Source of the DNA: Tumebacillus amylolyticus
Lineage (GTDB): Bacteria > Bacillota > Bacilli > Tumebacillales > Tumebacillaceae
Assembly: GCF_016722965.1 (NCBI RefSeq)
Contig: NZ_JAEQNB010000002.1
Coordinates: forward strand, 489,541-553,540
Length of the DNA stretch: 64,000 nt
Direction: 5' to 3'
Made by a program: the position numbers and the translations under genes. Under the pieces are notes generated by a model. That model ran no database searches and had not been told where the DNA came from. It worked only from the letters and a program-made list of their open reading frames with translations. Shown here in pieces: positions 48,170 to 57,334 of the stretch; the first letter of the stretch is position 1; every line of letters begins with the position of its first letter.

Positions 48170-49561
48170 TTAGTATCTCCGAGTGGGCGACGAGGTCGTG
48201 GCCGGGGCTTTTTTCAGGAGGAAACGACGGTCCACGGCGATGGTCGCCATCAGGACGAGCACCGTGAGCAACAGCAGTTCGCCGTATGTCTCATAAGGAA
48301 GAGCCGGGCCTTCCAGGGTGACGTGGTTGGCGCGGTACTCCAAACGCTTGACGGCGTGCTTCGCGGTCAATACATCCTCTTGCTTCGCGAGATCTTCCAG
48401 CGGCGCTTCAAAAACGAAACGGTCCGGCTGATCGGCGTGAATATACAGGGGTTGCAAGCCGGTGCCTTTTTGCTTCCATTGTGCGACGTCGGATGCCGCC
48501 AGCGTTTTGGCATCCGTCCCCGGTACGATCAAGCGGTCGAGGTTCGGTGCTTTGGCGAAAGTATGGCGAGAAATCAAGTTCAAATGGTGTTTCGTGACGA
48601 TGGGATTCTCAGAGGCGGCCAGCGTCAGTACGCGGGTGGTGCCGGTGTCGGCGTACGTATCGAAGATCGTGGAGAGCTCCATCTCGTCCATGCCGTTGTA
48701 GAGCAGGACGCCGAGGTCGGTCTTGTTCCATTGGAAGGCGTTGTTCAAGTAGTAGGTGCTGAGGCGGACGTCCACTTTGAATGGGTCCACTTTCGGATTC
48801 GTGACGAACGAGTAGGTTGGATAGTGGATCTCTTGCGCGACTTTCAAGGCGGCTGCTTCGCCCAGTTTTTTCTCAATGAGGTGAAGCACGCCGTCGATGC
48901 CGGCCATCTGACCCCCCGTGACAATGATGTTGCCGTTGTCGATGTAGCGCAGGTCATCTCGCCACGTCGTGTCCGGGAAACTGCTTTTCGCCGTGGCAAC
49001 GCCCTGCCAGTGCGTGTTCGCACTCTTCCCCTTCAACAGACCGGAGTCGGCCAAGTTCTCCGCGCCGCCGCAGATGGAGATGATCGTGGTGTCGGCGTGC
49101 TGTTGCATGTACTCGCGGATCGGCTTGTAACCTTCTTCGTCCGTGCGGATCATTTGCGGGACGACGATGATGTCCGGGCTTTTCCCCAATTTTGCGTCGA
49201 TTTCAGCCATCGTAAAGTGCGGGACGACATCGAGCCCGCCGGTCAGGGGCTTGATGTTTTTGTCAGGGGCGACAGCGTAGACGTTGAACGCATCGGTGCG
49301 CGAGAAGAGGTCATACGGAATCAGGAAGTCAAAGTCCTCCGTGGTCACGTTGCCCATCAGCACGGCGACGGTCGGTTTCTGCGGGTCGTACACAGGCGGC
49401 TCAATTCCTTGCAAAGACGGTGCAGGGAGGTCAAACGTGGTCGAGTAAAAATTCTTGCGGAAATGCAGGATACCCATTACCCCGACGCCCGCGAAAAACA
49501 CGGCGAATACGACCACATATAGCGTGATGCGCAACAACACTTTTTTCACTTCGAAACTCAC
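48170..49561 (-). CDS. Membrane-anchored protein with tandem DJ-1/PfpI (class I glutamine amidotransferase-like) domains
   Basis: N-terminal TM helix, two DJ-1-like modules (e.g. TTIISICGGAENLADSGLLKGKSANTHW); antisense ORF 48323..49522 is rejected. Confidence 0.6.
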   Translation of the reverse strand: MSFEVKKVLLRITLYVVVFAVFFAGVGVMGILHFRKNFYSTTFDLPAPSLQGIEPPVYDPQKPTVAVLMGNVTTEDFDFLIPYDLFSRTDAFNVYAVAPDKNIKPLTGGLDVVPHFTMAEIDAKLGKSPDIIVVPQMIRTDEEGYKPIREYMQQHADTTIISICGGAENLADSGLLKGKSANTHWQGVATAKSSFPDTTWRDDLRYIDNGNIIVTGGQMAGIDGVLHLIEKKLGEAAALKVAQEIHYPTYSFVTNPKVDPFKVDVRLSTYYLNNAFQWNKTDLGVLLYNGMDEMELSTIFDTYADTGTTRVLTLAASENPIVTKHHLNLISRHTFAKAPNLDRLIVPGTDAKTLAASDVAQWKQKGTGLQPLYIHADQPDRFVFEAPLEDLAKQEDVLTAKHAVKRLEYRANHVTLEGPALPYETYGELLLLTVLVLMATIAVDRRFLLKKAPATTSSPTRRY

Positions 49562-49701
49562 TCCTTTATTTTCCTGTTGATCTCTTCACTCTCAATATAC
49601 GATACCCCCCTACCCTATGTAAAGCCCGGTTTTTGAAATACAAAAAAAAGCCGCCAAACATGGCGGCTTGATTTATGATCTAGAGGTCAAAATGAACAAG
49701 C

Positions 49702-50424
49702 TTACTCATCACCAAAATCGACGTTGTGGTAGACTTGTTGCACATCGTCGAGGTCTTCCAACGCGTCGATCAGCTTGCGGAAAGATACTTCTGCGTCGCC
49801 CTCAAGCGTTACTTCGTTTTGAGGAAGCATGGTCAGTTCCGCCACGGTGAATTCCGAAATTCCCGCGTTTTTCAGTGCTTCTTGTACAGCGTGGAATTCA
49901 TCCGGTTCTGCATACACGATGACTTGCTCGTCTTCCGCAACGATGTCACGTACATTTACATCCGCTTCCATCAAGGACTCCAGAACATCCTCTTCCGATT
50001 TCCCTTCGACACCGATAACAGCCACAGAATCAAACATATACGCGACGGAACCGTTTACGCCCAAGTTGCCGGCGTTTTTCTTAAACGCAGTCCGGACATC
50101 GGAGAACGTACGATTCACATTATTTGTAAGAGCGTCGACGATCAACATCGCACCGTTCGGCCCGAAGCCTTCATAGCGAAGCTCGTCATAGTTCTCATCA
50201 GAGCCGCCCTTTGCTTTTTCCAACGCACGGTCGATGATGGTTCTCGGCACGTTGTAAGTCTTTGCACGTTCCAACACAGCTTTCAAAGCTGCGTTGGACT
50301 CAGGATTCGGATCGCCTTTTTTGGCTGCTACAAAAATCTCTACACCGAACTTCGCGTAAACACGAGTCTTTTGCGCGTCATTCTTCGCTTTGCCCTCTTT
50401 AATGTTGTTCCACTTGCGTCCCAT
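49702..50424 (-). CDS. yebC: YebC/PmpR-family DNA-binding transcriptional regulator
   Basis: [30 protein letters not shown]... near-universal YebC N-terminus. Confidence 0.9.
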   Translation of the reverse strand: MGRKWNNIKEGKAKNDAQKTRVYAKFGVEIFVAAKKGDPNPESNAALKAVLERAKTYNVPRTIIDRALEKAKGGSDENYDELRYEGFGPNGAMLIVDALTNNVNRTFSDVRTAFKKNAGNLGVNGSVAYMFDSVAVIGVEGKSEEDVLESLMEADVNVRDIVAEDEQVIVYAEPDEFHAVQEALKNAGISEFTVAELTMLPQNEVTLEGDAEVSFRKLIDALEDLDDVQQVYHNVDFGDE

Positions 50425-50577
50425 TTATTTCACTCGCTTCCGAATAATAGAAATGTTGATCCTCAAAACCGAGAACTCGGCACTTTTTACATTATACCTT
50501 ATTTGCATAAATTTTTCGTGTCCTACACGCTCTTATGTGGTAAAAGGCTCCCGATGGGTCGAATGCGAAGTCCTGAA

Positions 50578-51213
50578 TTATTTTTTTCCGAGCAGATGTT
50601 TCGAGACCTTGTTGATCTGGGTATACGGAATGACACCTTCCTCCAGCATCTCGGGGAGGATGTTATCCAAGAAGTACTGCACGCAATGCATTTCTTGGTA
50701 TTTGAGGATCGTGGAGAGCGCCTCCTCGTAAATTTCGAGGAACAACGACTCTGGATTCCCTTTTTGAATCTCGCCGAACGATTCGTACAGAAGGTCGATT
50801 TTGTCCGCGACGGAGAGGATTTTGCCTTCGATCGTTTCGTCCTTGCCTTCACTGAAACGAAGTTCGTAGATTGCTTGGAACTCCTCCGGAATCTCTTGCT
50901 CAATAAACTTCCGCGTCATCATCTCTTCCACTTGAGAAAAGAGCTCCTTCAACTCGGGCATCGCATATTTGACAGGTGTCTTGATGTCGCCGGTAAACAA
51001 TTCTGCGTAATCGTGGTTGAGCGCCTTTTCGTACAGGGTGCGCCAATTGATCTCCGTCCCATGATGCTCTTCCACCGTACCGAGAAACTGAGCGATCTTC
51101 GTCACTTTAAACGAATGACTGGCCACCGAGTGTTCTTGGTATTTGAATTTGCCGGGGCAGCGGTACATGCCCTCCAAGTCTGACAAGCTTTTGAAATAGT
51201 TGTGGATCCCCAT
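50578..51213 (-). CDS. HD-domain phosphohydrolase (YfbR/5'-deoxynucleotidase-like)
   Basis: SVASHSF...HDYAELFTGDI HD motif; start moved to MGIHNYFKS with RBS GAAGGGGGAG. Confidence 0.7.
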   Translation of the reverse strand: MGIHNYFKSLSDLEGMYRCPGKFKYQEHSVASHSFKVTKIAQFLGTVEEHHGTEINWRTLYEKALNHDYAELFTGDIKTPVKYAMPELKELFSQVEEMMTRKFIEQEIPEEFQAIYELRFSEGKDETIEGKILSVADKIDLLYESFGEIQKGNPESLFLEIYEEALSTILKYQEMHCVQYFLDNILPEMLEEGVIPYTQINKVSKHLLGKK

Positions 51214-51317
51214 ATGCGTTCTCCCCCTTCTCCGGTCTACGTGCCGAGTCTGTTTGCAAGCATTTCGGACGATTATAACGGAGAGAAAGAGAGAATACAA
51301 GGGGTATTTTCTGGTGG

Positions 51318-51336
51318 TCACCGTATCGCTCTAAGT
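51318..51336. repeat. Copy A of conserved element TCACCGTATCGCTCTAAGT
   Basis: Identical 19-mer to copy B (59001-59019); 17/18 match to copy C (60024-60041). Confidence 0.45.
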
Positions 51337-51407
51337 GGGGACAAGTAAAAGGAGGATGATTGCACACCCGCAACCTCCCCCCCATGCTCATGCCTCCACT
51401 TGCGCTC

Positions 51408-51878
51408 TTAATACTCTTTTTTTATTACAAAAAACGAACCCCGGATTGTTCCGGCCAGTTTCGACTTCTGTCTAGCAAACTTAAACTTTCCTTCTAGCTC
51501 CTTGGGTACTTCCATCCCCTCCGAAAGCTTAAAACCAACGGCCCGTTTCTTAGGGTCGTCGACCGTATACATGACGTTGATCGCAAGACCGTCCTCATAA
51601 AAAACGTAGGCCATTTTGATATTTTCCACTTGAAAACGCGAGGTTTCCAAAGGATTGGCCGAAAACTCAAGATCACGTTCTTCCTTCAAAATTCGGTTCA
51701 CATACTCAAGGGTCTCCTGGCTTTCACCGGCTGGTACAACCGCAAATTCATGCTTGTATTTGTTCATGAAGTAGCGGGCTTCATTGGCACGTAAACCGGC
51801 AAGCGCTTCTACTACAGGTGAAGACTCCAACCCAACCGTAGACACGTTTTTGAAATCAACTGTATAGGACATTTGCAT
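51408..51878 (-). CDS. Hypothetical protein
   Basis: 156-aa ORF with RBS AAGAGGAGAG immediately upstream of ATG. Confidence 0.5.
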   Translation of the reverse strand: MQMSYTVDFKNVSTVGLESSPVVEALAGLRANEARYFMNKYKHEFAVVPAGESQETLEYVNRILKEERDLEFSANPLETSRFQVENIKMAYVFYEDGLAINVMYTVDDPKKRAVGFKLSEGMEVPKELEGKFKFARQKSKLAGTIRGSFFVIKKEY

Positions 51879-51896
51879 CTCTCCTCTTAGCTGTTA

Positions 51897-52316
51897 CTAA
51901 TCCAACACCTTCTCAAGATCGCTGCACCATTTACCCCAACCGAACTTCGCACCTTGAAGTGCCGGAGCATTCGAGATTCCGCTTTGTTCGAGATGAAGGT
52001 TCACCTTGCCGTCGCCTAGCTCCTGCAGCGTCCAGGTGATCGTGTGTTGCTCCGCTCCGCTGGACCAGGTATAGGACACCCGGTTTGGCGCGTCCACGAC
52101 CAGCACTTCGCCTTCGATAATTCCATTCCAATATTCGTTCGGCTGGGTACGAAACTGAAAGCGGTGTCCGACGACAGGCTTAAAATCATTCTCCATCGGC
52201 TGGCCGGTGTGGATGTTGGCCACCCACTTGGCAAGCTTGCTTGAATCGGTCAAAGCGGACCAAAGCTTCTCGATTGTTGTCGTGTACTGAAAATCCAAAG
52301 TTAATGTCATACTCAT
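51897..52316 (-). CDS. SRPBCC-superfamily protein (AHSA1-like), co-transcribed with arsR
   Basis: MSMTLTLDFQYTTTIEKLWSALTDSSKLAKWV typical AHSA1-like N-terminus; RBS GGAGGAGGAAG; start overlaps arsR stop. Confidence 0.7.
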   Translation of the reverse strand: MSMTLTLDFQYTTTIEKLWSALTDSSKLAKWVANIHTGQPMENDFKPVVGHRFQFRTQPNEYWNGIIEGEVLVVDAPNRVSYTWSSGAEQHTITWTLQELGDGKVNLHLEQSGISNAPALQGAKFGWGKWCSDLEKVLD

Positions 52317-52654
52317 TCTTCTTCTTCCTCCTCCAATAGTCGGTTCAAGCGCAACAGATTCGCACTCCAGAACTGGCTGTAGAAAGCCACCCAATCTTGT
52401 ATTTCTCTGAGCGGAGAGGCGTTAAGCCGAAACCGGGTTTCTCTGCCGACTTTTCGGTCAAGTACCAGTCCGGCCTCTTTCAGGATTGCCAGATGCTTGG
52501 ATACCGCTGTACGGCCCATTGGAAACTGTGCCGTTAATTCATGAAGCGGTACCTCCTCTGCCTCTGCCAACAGACGGATCAATTGTCGCCTCGTTGGATC
52601 TGCAATCGCATCAAACACATCCCGCAATTGGTTGTTCTCGCTCACAACACCCAT
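52313..52654 (-). CDS. ArsR/SmtB-family metalloregulatory transcriptional repressor
   Basis: VFDAIADPTRRQLIRLLAEAEEVPLHELTAQFPMGRTAVSKHLAILKEAGLV winged HTH; acidic C-terminal tail; start moved from 52849. Confidence 0.75.
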   Translation of the reverse strand: MGVVSENNQLRDVFDAIADPTRRQLIRLLAEAEEVPLHELTAQFPMGRTAVSKHLAILKEAGLVLDRKVGRETRFRLNASPLREIQDWVAFYSQFWSANLLRLNRLLEEEEEE

Positions 52655-52697
52655 CCACCCCCGACGATCGCAATGATTCCAAATACGGGTCAGAATC

Positions 52698-52743
52698 AGA
52701 CACCAAATGGTGTCTCTTTTATTATACGACACCATTTGGTGTC
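52698..52743. promoter_or_regulatory. Two perfect palindromes AGACACCAAATGGTGTCT and GACACCATTTGGTGTC flanking a TATTATAC -10-like element upstream of arsR: candidate ArsR operator sites
   Basis: 18-bp and 16-bp perfect inverted repeats 12 nt apart, 45-90 nt upstream of the arsR start. Confidence 0.5.
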
Positions 52744-52931
52744 CTGTAAAGCAAGACCCCACAAACAGAAAAAGACCGTCGCCACGATGGTAGATGTGGC
52801 GAGGTCTCCCTTCTACTTTCACACGATCTTTTCGTTTCCGTTGAAACACTTACGTATCGGACTGCAACGTGTACATCCGATACGGTTCCCCGTAACACAC
52901 GCCTAGATTCCGACCGGTTACACCTGCGAAA

Positions 52932-53618
52932 CTATTCCATCGACACCCGTGTTAATTTGCCATCCTCCATTCGATACACCTTGTCGCAGTACGAAAGCAT
53001 CCGTTCGTCGTGCGTAACCATAACCGCCGCTTTTTGACGCGACTTGGCCTCTTTGGCGATCAAAGCGACCACTTCATGTGCGCGCTTCGTGTCGAGGCTG
53101 GCCGTAGGTTCATCTGCCAAAATGACATTCGGGTTGTTCATGAAAGCTCGCGCAATCGCTGTCCGTTGCTTCTCCCCGCCGGACAGCTCCTCCGGATAGC
53201 TCTTCAACTTCTCTCCGAGCCCAAGGTCCTTCAGCAACTTTGTGGCGTAGTCTTGATCTGCCGTCGTCATTTTTCCGGACATCTTTTTTACAACCAACAA
53301 TTGCTGAAGGACATTCAGATAAGGAATCAAATTCGACGATTGCATGATAAACCCGATTTCATGCAACCTGATATGCGACAATTCACGAGGATTTGCGTTC
53401 GAGATATCCTTTCCATTCACTCGTACTTCTCCTTCGGATGATTTGAGCAAAGCGCCGGCAATCGACAAAAACGTACTCTTTCCTGAGCCGGATGGACCGA
53501 TAACGGCAACGAATTCGCCGGGCTGAACCGAAATGCTGACTTGATCCAGAGCCACTGTGCGATTGCTGCCTTCCGTAAAGTATTTGGTAACCCCTTTGAT
53601 TTGCAATCCCGTTGTCAT
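52932..53618 (-). CDS. ABC transporter ATP-binding protein (MacB/FtsE-like)
   Basis: Walker A GPSGSGKST, signature LSGGEKQR, Walker B ILADEPT, H-loop. Confidence 0.85.
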   Translation of the reverse strand: MTTGLQIKGVTKYFTEGSNRTVALDQVSISVQPGEFVAVIGPSGSGKSTFLSIAGALLKSSEGEVRVNGKDISNANPRELSHIRLHEIGFIMQSSNLIPYLNVLQQLLVVKKMSGKMTTADQDYATKLLKDLGLGEKLKSYPEELSGGEKQRTAIARAFMNNPNVILADEPTASLDTKRAHEVVALIAKEAKSRQKAAVMVTHDERMLSYCDKVYRMEDGKLTRVSME

Positions 53619-54739
53619 TACTCGACCCTCCCCAGCGCTTTCAGCGGATCAATCTTCGTTATCTTACGGACGGATACTAACGAACTGAGTATCGCAATGG
53701 CGAGCAGAATGAGGGAATAACCAAACACCAGTTTGGAATCGAGGATGAACGGCATTCCCTCCGGCATCACCGCCGCCGCCCCATAGGTGAGCGCGATCCC
53801 GATCAAAATGCTTACGATCGACAGGATGAATACTTGTGATACAACCGTTTTGCCCAAGAATTTGTTCCCGGCGCCGATCGCCTTCATGATGCCGAACTGG
53901 TTCGTCTTCTGCATCGTGAATACGTAGAAGAACACGCCGAGTACAAACGCGGAGATCACCAGCAAGAAAGCCAGCATCATCGTAATGGTACCGCTCTCTT
54001 CCTTATACCCGGGCATACCTTGGACCGCTGTCTCATGGGTAACCGTATTCGTATCCTTCAGCTTGCTGTCGATGACAGCAGGATCGATCTCTTTGCCTTG
54101 CAACACGATTGCATTGACCGGTTTGTGAATGCCTTTATCCGAGCCAGGTGCCGCAAACATGATGTTCCGCCATCCCTCGATCGGGGTAAACACAACCGCA
54201 ACATGGTTGTACGTTTGATTCTTGACGAAGCCTACGATCGTCAACTCATGCGTTGAGCCGTCTAATTTTAATGTATCTCCGAGTTTGAACCCTTCTTTTT
54301 TCATGGAGTCATTCACGATTACTTCTGTAACACCATTAACGGACAAGCCTTTGCCCTCGACCACCGCAGGTTCTAGAAAACTACCCGGTTCAATACCGAT
54401 GATTGCAATATCGAGCTTGTCCTCACTTTTTTCAGCAGAGCTCTTTCGTACTGTGGCCATCGTGCTTCCCATAGACGAAGCGGCCTCAACACCGGGCAAC
54501 TGGCTTGCGGTTGCGACAACCTCTTCAGCCAGCAGGGATTTACTCAGGGAAGCTTTCGAGCCTTGCTCGAAGATGAGGTAATCGGCCTTCATACTTTTCA
54601 TCGTCGCTGCTGATAAAGTCTGAAGTCCGTTACCAAGACCTGATAGAAGAAAAACCATCCATGCGATCAATGTGAAAATAACCGCAATCATGAGAAACCG
54701 CGTTCGATTCCGCATTAGTTCCTTCATGGCTAAATACAT
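53618..54739 (-). CDS. ABC transporter permease, FtsX/MacB-type
   Basis: N-terminal TM, large extracytoplasmic domain, C-terminal 3-TM FtsX module; stop/start overlap with ATPase gene. Confidence 0.8.
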   Translation of the reverse strand: MYLAMKELMRNRTRFLMIAVIFTLIAWMVFLLSGLGNGLQTLSAATMKSMKADYLIFEQGSKASLSKSLLAEEVVATASQLPGVEAASSMGSTMATVRKSSAEKSEDKLDIAIIGIEPGSFLEPAVVEGKGLSVNGVTEVIVNDSMKKEGFKLGDTLKLDGSTHELTIVGFVKNQTYNHVAVVFTPIEGWRNIMFAAPGSDKGIHKPVNAIVLQGKEIDPAVIDSKLKDTNTVTHETAVQGMPGYKEESGTITMMLAFLLVISAFVLGVFFYVFTMQKTNQFGIMKAIGAGNKFLGKTVVSQVFILSIVSILIGIALTYGAAAVMPEGMPFILDSKLVFGYSLILLAIAILSSLVSVRKITKIDPLKALGRVE

Positions 54740-54863
54740 GGGCCATCCACTCCTTATGTTTTATTTGACACGAGTGTCAAAATCGGGAGAGCAATTTGCC
54801 CCCCTTCTTCTTTATTACACACCATAAATGACACATGTGTCAAGTTTAGATCTGCACTCTTCC

Positions 54864-55430
54864 TCAGCGTTTTGCCCCATTCAACCACATGTCGAACAGA
54901 AGCCCACTCCATTTTGACAGAGGCAGTTTCATCATGTTCGGAGCATTCACCAGATTGAAGAATACGCTGATCAGCGCAGGGATCGGAATATCCTCTCGTA
55001 AGTGACCTTCTTGAAGCGAACGTCCGAACAGTCTCATTAATTGAACCTTGAGGATTTCATGCGATTGTTCAATATATTCCAGGTCTTGGGCAACTGCAAC
55101 GGACACGCCCGCGTTGATTTTATTGGCATCTCCCAAAAGTTGATGAAATTCGGATTCCTCGACATAGACTTGCAACAGTTGCTGAAGCGCAACCATTGGA
55201 TTCGACTCATCGACTGCTGACGCTTTCTCTATCACTTTGATGATCACACGCTTCATGCAAGCGGCGACAATCTCCTCTTTATTGGCATAATACTGATAGA
55301 TGGTGCTACGAGCTCCTATTAAATGTTGGGACAAGAGCTTTACGTGGAAACCCTCGTACCCATGCTCGAGTAACAGTTTTTTCGTCATATCTAGCAGCTC
55401 TGATTCTGTATATGCTTTTTTTCGACCCAT
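54864..55430 (-). CDS. TetR/AcrR-family transcriptional regulator
   Basis: N-terminal HTH LLSQHLIGARSTIYQYYANKEEI; start moved to MGRKKAYT with RBS AAGGGGGTG. Confidence 0.8.
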   Translation of the reverse strand: MGRKKAYTESELLDMTKKLLLEHGYEGFHVKLLSQHLIGARSTIYQYYANKEEIVAACMKRVIIKVIEKASAVDESNPMVALQQLLQVYVEESEFHQLLGDANKINAGVSVAVAQDLEYIEQSHEILKVQLMRLFGRSLQEGHLREDIPIPALISVFFNLVNAPNMMKLPLSKWSGLLFDMWLNGAKR

Positions 55431-55526
55431 GGTGGCACCCCCTTGTTCATAAGCAACTACCTCATAGTGTATCAAATTTCGGGCAATCGGATAAATCTAA
55501 TGGTGATATTCACATTGCCTGCACAC

Positions 55527-55583
55527 AAAAAAACAGCCCCTTTTCCACGCTCAGCCGGCGCAAAAGGGGTCGCTTTTTCATGT
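55527..55583 (-). terminator. Rho-independent terminator that is also copy 2 of the ~45-nt repeated element (copy 1 at 43992-44046)
   Basis: CAGCCCCTTTTCCACGCTCAGCCGGCGCAAAAGGGGTCGCTTTTTCATG; minus-strand orientation gives stem + T-run after the HTH remnant. Confidence 0.5.
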
Positions 55584-55589
55584 AATCCA

Positions 55590-55664
55590 ACCCGCTCCGA
55601 AAGTTCTGTTACGTTCATTCTCCTTTACGCCAACATCACATCAATATGGATAAGGATTGCCATG
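55590..55664 (-). pseudogene. Truncated XRE-family HTH gene (paralog of 45128..45343) with premature stop after 12 codons and loss of 3' half
   Basis: MAILIHIDVMLA-stop; flanking DNA homologous to the intact copy for ~75 nt then replaced by the repeat/terminator. Confidence 0.5.
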
Positions 55665-55673
55665 TTGTTCACC

Positions 55674-56153
55674 TCAGACCGTTAAGTCGTTTTCTGATTT
55701 TATATCGATGGCATGTTGTACGAGCTTTTGAAGAACCGCAGCAAAGACTGCGATCACAAGTGCGGCAAAAATCAACCCATTTCCGACCGGCATGATAATG
55801 GGCGGGTCGACTTTCTTCGCCATGAGATAATACAAGGGCGTGTTCAGCACATGCAAGATACTGATGGTAAGGGCACAGTATTTTATATTCTTCAAGGATT
55901 TGAAAGATAATTCCGAGAAAGACTTATTATTGTCAATATATGTCAGCAGTTTGAAAGTTTGATACAAAGCGATGTAAAACGGGATCGCCGTTGCATACAA
56001 ACCGATCCTAAGCAGATCATGCAGATACGCTGCCTCAGGATATAATTCTGCCATAAAATTCGAGACGGCAGGGACAAAAAATATACACAACGCAAGAACA
56101 GGAATCCCCATCAGAACAACGGCTGCCTTTAAAAAAAGTGTTTCGCGTTTCAT
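55674..56153 (-). CDS. DUF2975-like membrane protein, paralog of 45354..45833
   Basis: MKRETLFLKAAVVLMGIPVLALCIF... and C-terminal AVLQKLVQHAIDIKSENDLTV nearly identical to paralog; conserved upstream region. Confidence 0.7.
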   Translation of the reverse strand: MKRETLFLKAAVVLMGIPVLALCIFFVPAVSNFMAELYPEAAYLHDLLRIGLYATAIPFYIALYQTFKLLTYIDNNKSFSELSFKSLKNIKYCALTISILHVLNTPLYYLMAKKVDPPIIMPVGNGLIFAALVIAVFAAVLQKLVQHAIDIKSENDLTV

Positions 56154-56338
56154 CCAAAGCACCTCCAGTGGTTATTCGCATTTTGATACTACCATGTATT
56201 TTATCGTTTTACAATAAATAATTATCGCGTTTTGAGGTCCTCGCCAGAAAAAGCACAAAGACCATCCACCAACCAAAACAAAAAAGCATCGAAGACATTG
56301 AACTCGTCTTCGATGCTTTTTCTTTTCCAATCGATGTG

Positions 56339-56998
56339 CTACGTAAACAGTTTCCAATGCCCTTCGGATACAACTTCGACCGCTCCATCGACCACTTTGA
56401 TGGCGGTTTGATCATCCATTGCATACGCCGGCCCCTGCATCCCGGCCGCCCATTTCTCCGCATTCGCCATCGTGTTATACAGCAGCATCTCGTGATCCAG
56501 ATGCGGGAACATCGCAAAATCGACCAGACCCAGCGTTTCATCACCACCGGTGGGTGGTTTCCAGCGAACGAAGAATTCCCCGATGTTAGGTGCCATCACC
56601 ATGCTCCCGGCACTCATTCCCACATAAACCAACCGCAGCGAAGGCAAGAGTTCTGCCAGTCCCGACTGCTGCATCCAGTACGACAGATACATCGGGTCAC
56701 CGCCATTCACGAGTAGAACGTCCGTCTCCTTGAGCATAGGAACCCACAACTCTTGATCGATGCTGGGCAGCGCAGTGAGCTCCAGCATCCCCATGGACTT
56801 CCAACCCAGCTCACACATTGGGTTCCCGGGCTGTCCATTGAAGAACTGCCATGCTTTGCTCGCACCACCTGGTAGTGCGTACGACGCAGTGGATATGCCG
56901 AGAGCGTTAGACTCGGCAATCGGTTTGTCCAGCATGCCAACCAACGCGTCATGTATGCTTTTGTTAGTGACGCCTCCAGCTGTAAGCAGTAATTTCAT
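56339..56998 (-). CDS. Type-1 glutamine amidotransferase-like / peptidase S51 (dipeptidase E-like) family protein
   Basis: MKLLLTAGG... GMSAGSMVM nucleophile-elbow motif; start moved from 57139; RBS GAGGAG. Confidence 0.65.
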   Translation of the reverse strand: MKLLLTAGGVTNKSIHDALVGMLDKPIAESNALGISTASYALPGGASKAWQFFNGQPGNPMCELGWKSMGMLELTALPSIDQELWVPMLKETDVLLVNGGDPMYLSYWMQQSGLAELLPSLRLVYVGMSAGSMVMAPNIGEFFVRWKPPTGGDETLGLVDFAMFPHLDHEMLLYNTMANAEKWAAGMQGPAYAMDDQTAIKVVDGAVEVVSEGHWKLFT

Positions 56999-57334
56999 AA
57001 CACAACTCCTCGTCTTGGTGTGCGTCTGACGTTTCATTCTATTGGGACAGCCAGGGCTGGCACAAGAGCCAACCTGACCCGATCTTGTTGGGTATGCTGT
57101 TGCATGCTGTATCTTAAAACTTATATCAGGATGTAGCAAGAGTCAAGATAATAACATAAATGTATATTCAGTTTCATAAGGGGAGGTGTGAACAGTTGTG
57201 GATACCTCTTGTGAAGCAAGCAGTAGAAGTAACAACACGGAAAAAATGCTATTCTTGATCTCATGATTCATGTATCCTACAAGTAAGAAATTTATTTTTC
57301 AAAATTTAATTCCAAGCGAAAAGGGAGTTTCATC

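Noticed and set aside
48323-51183. Plus-strand ORFs 48323..49522 and 49726..51183
   Set aside because: Antisense to the DJ-1/PfpI gene, yebC and the HD-domain gene.
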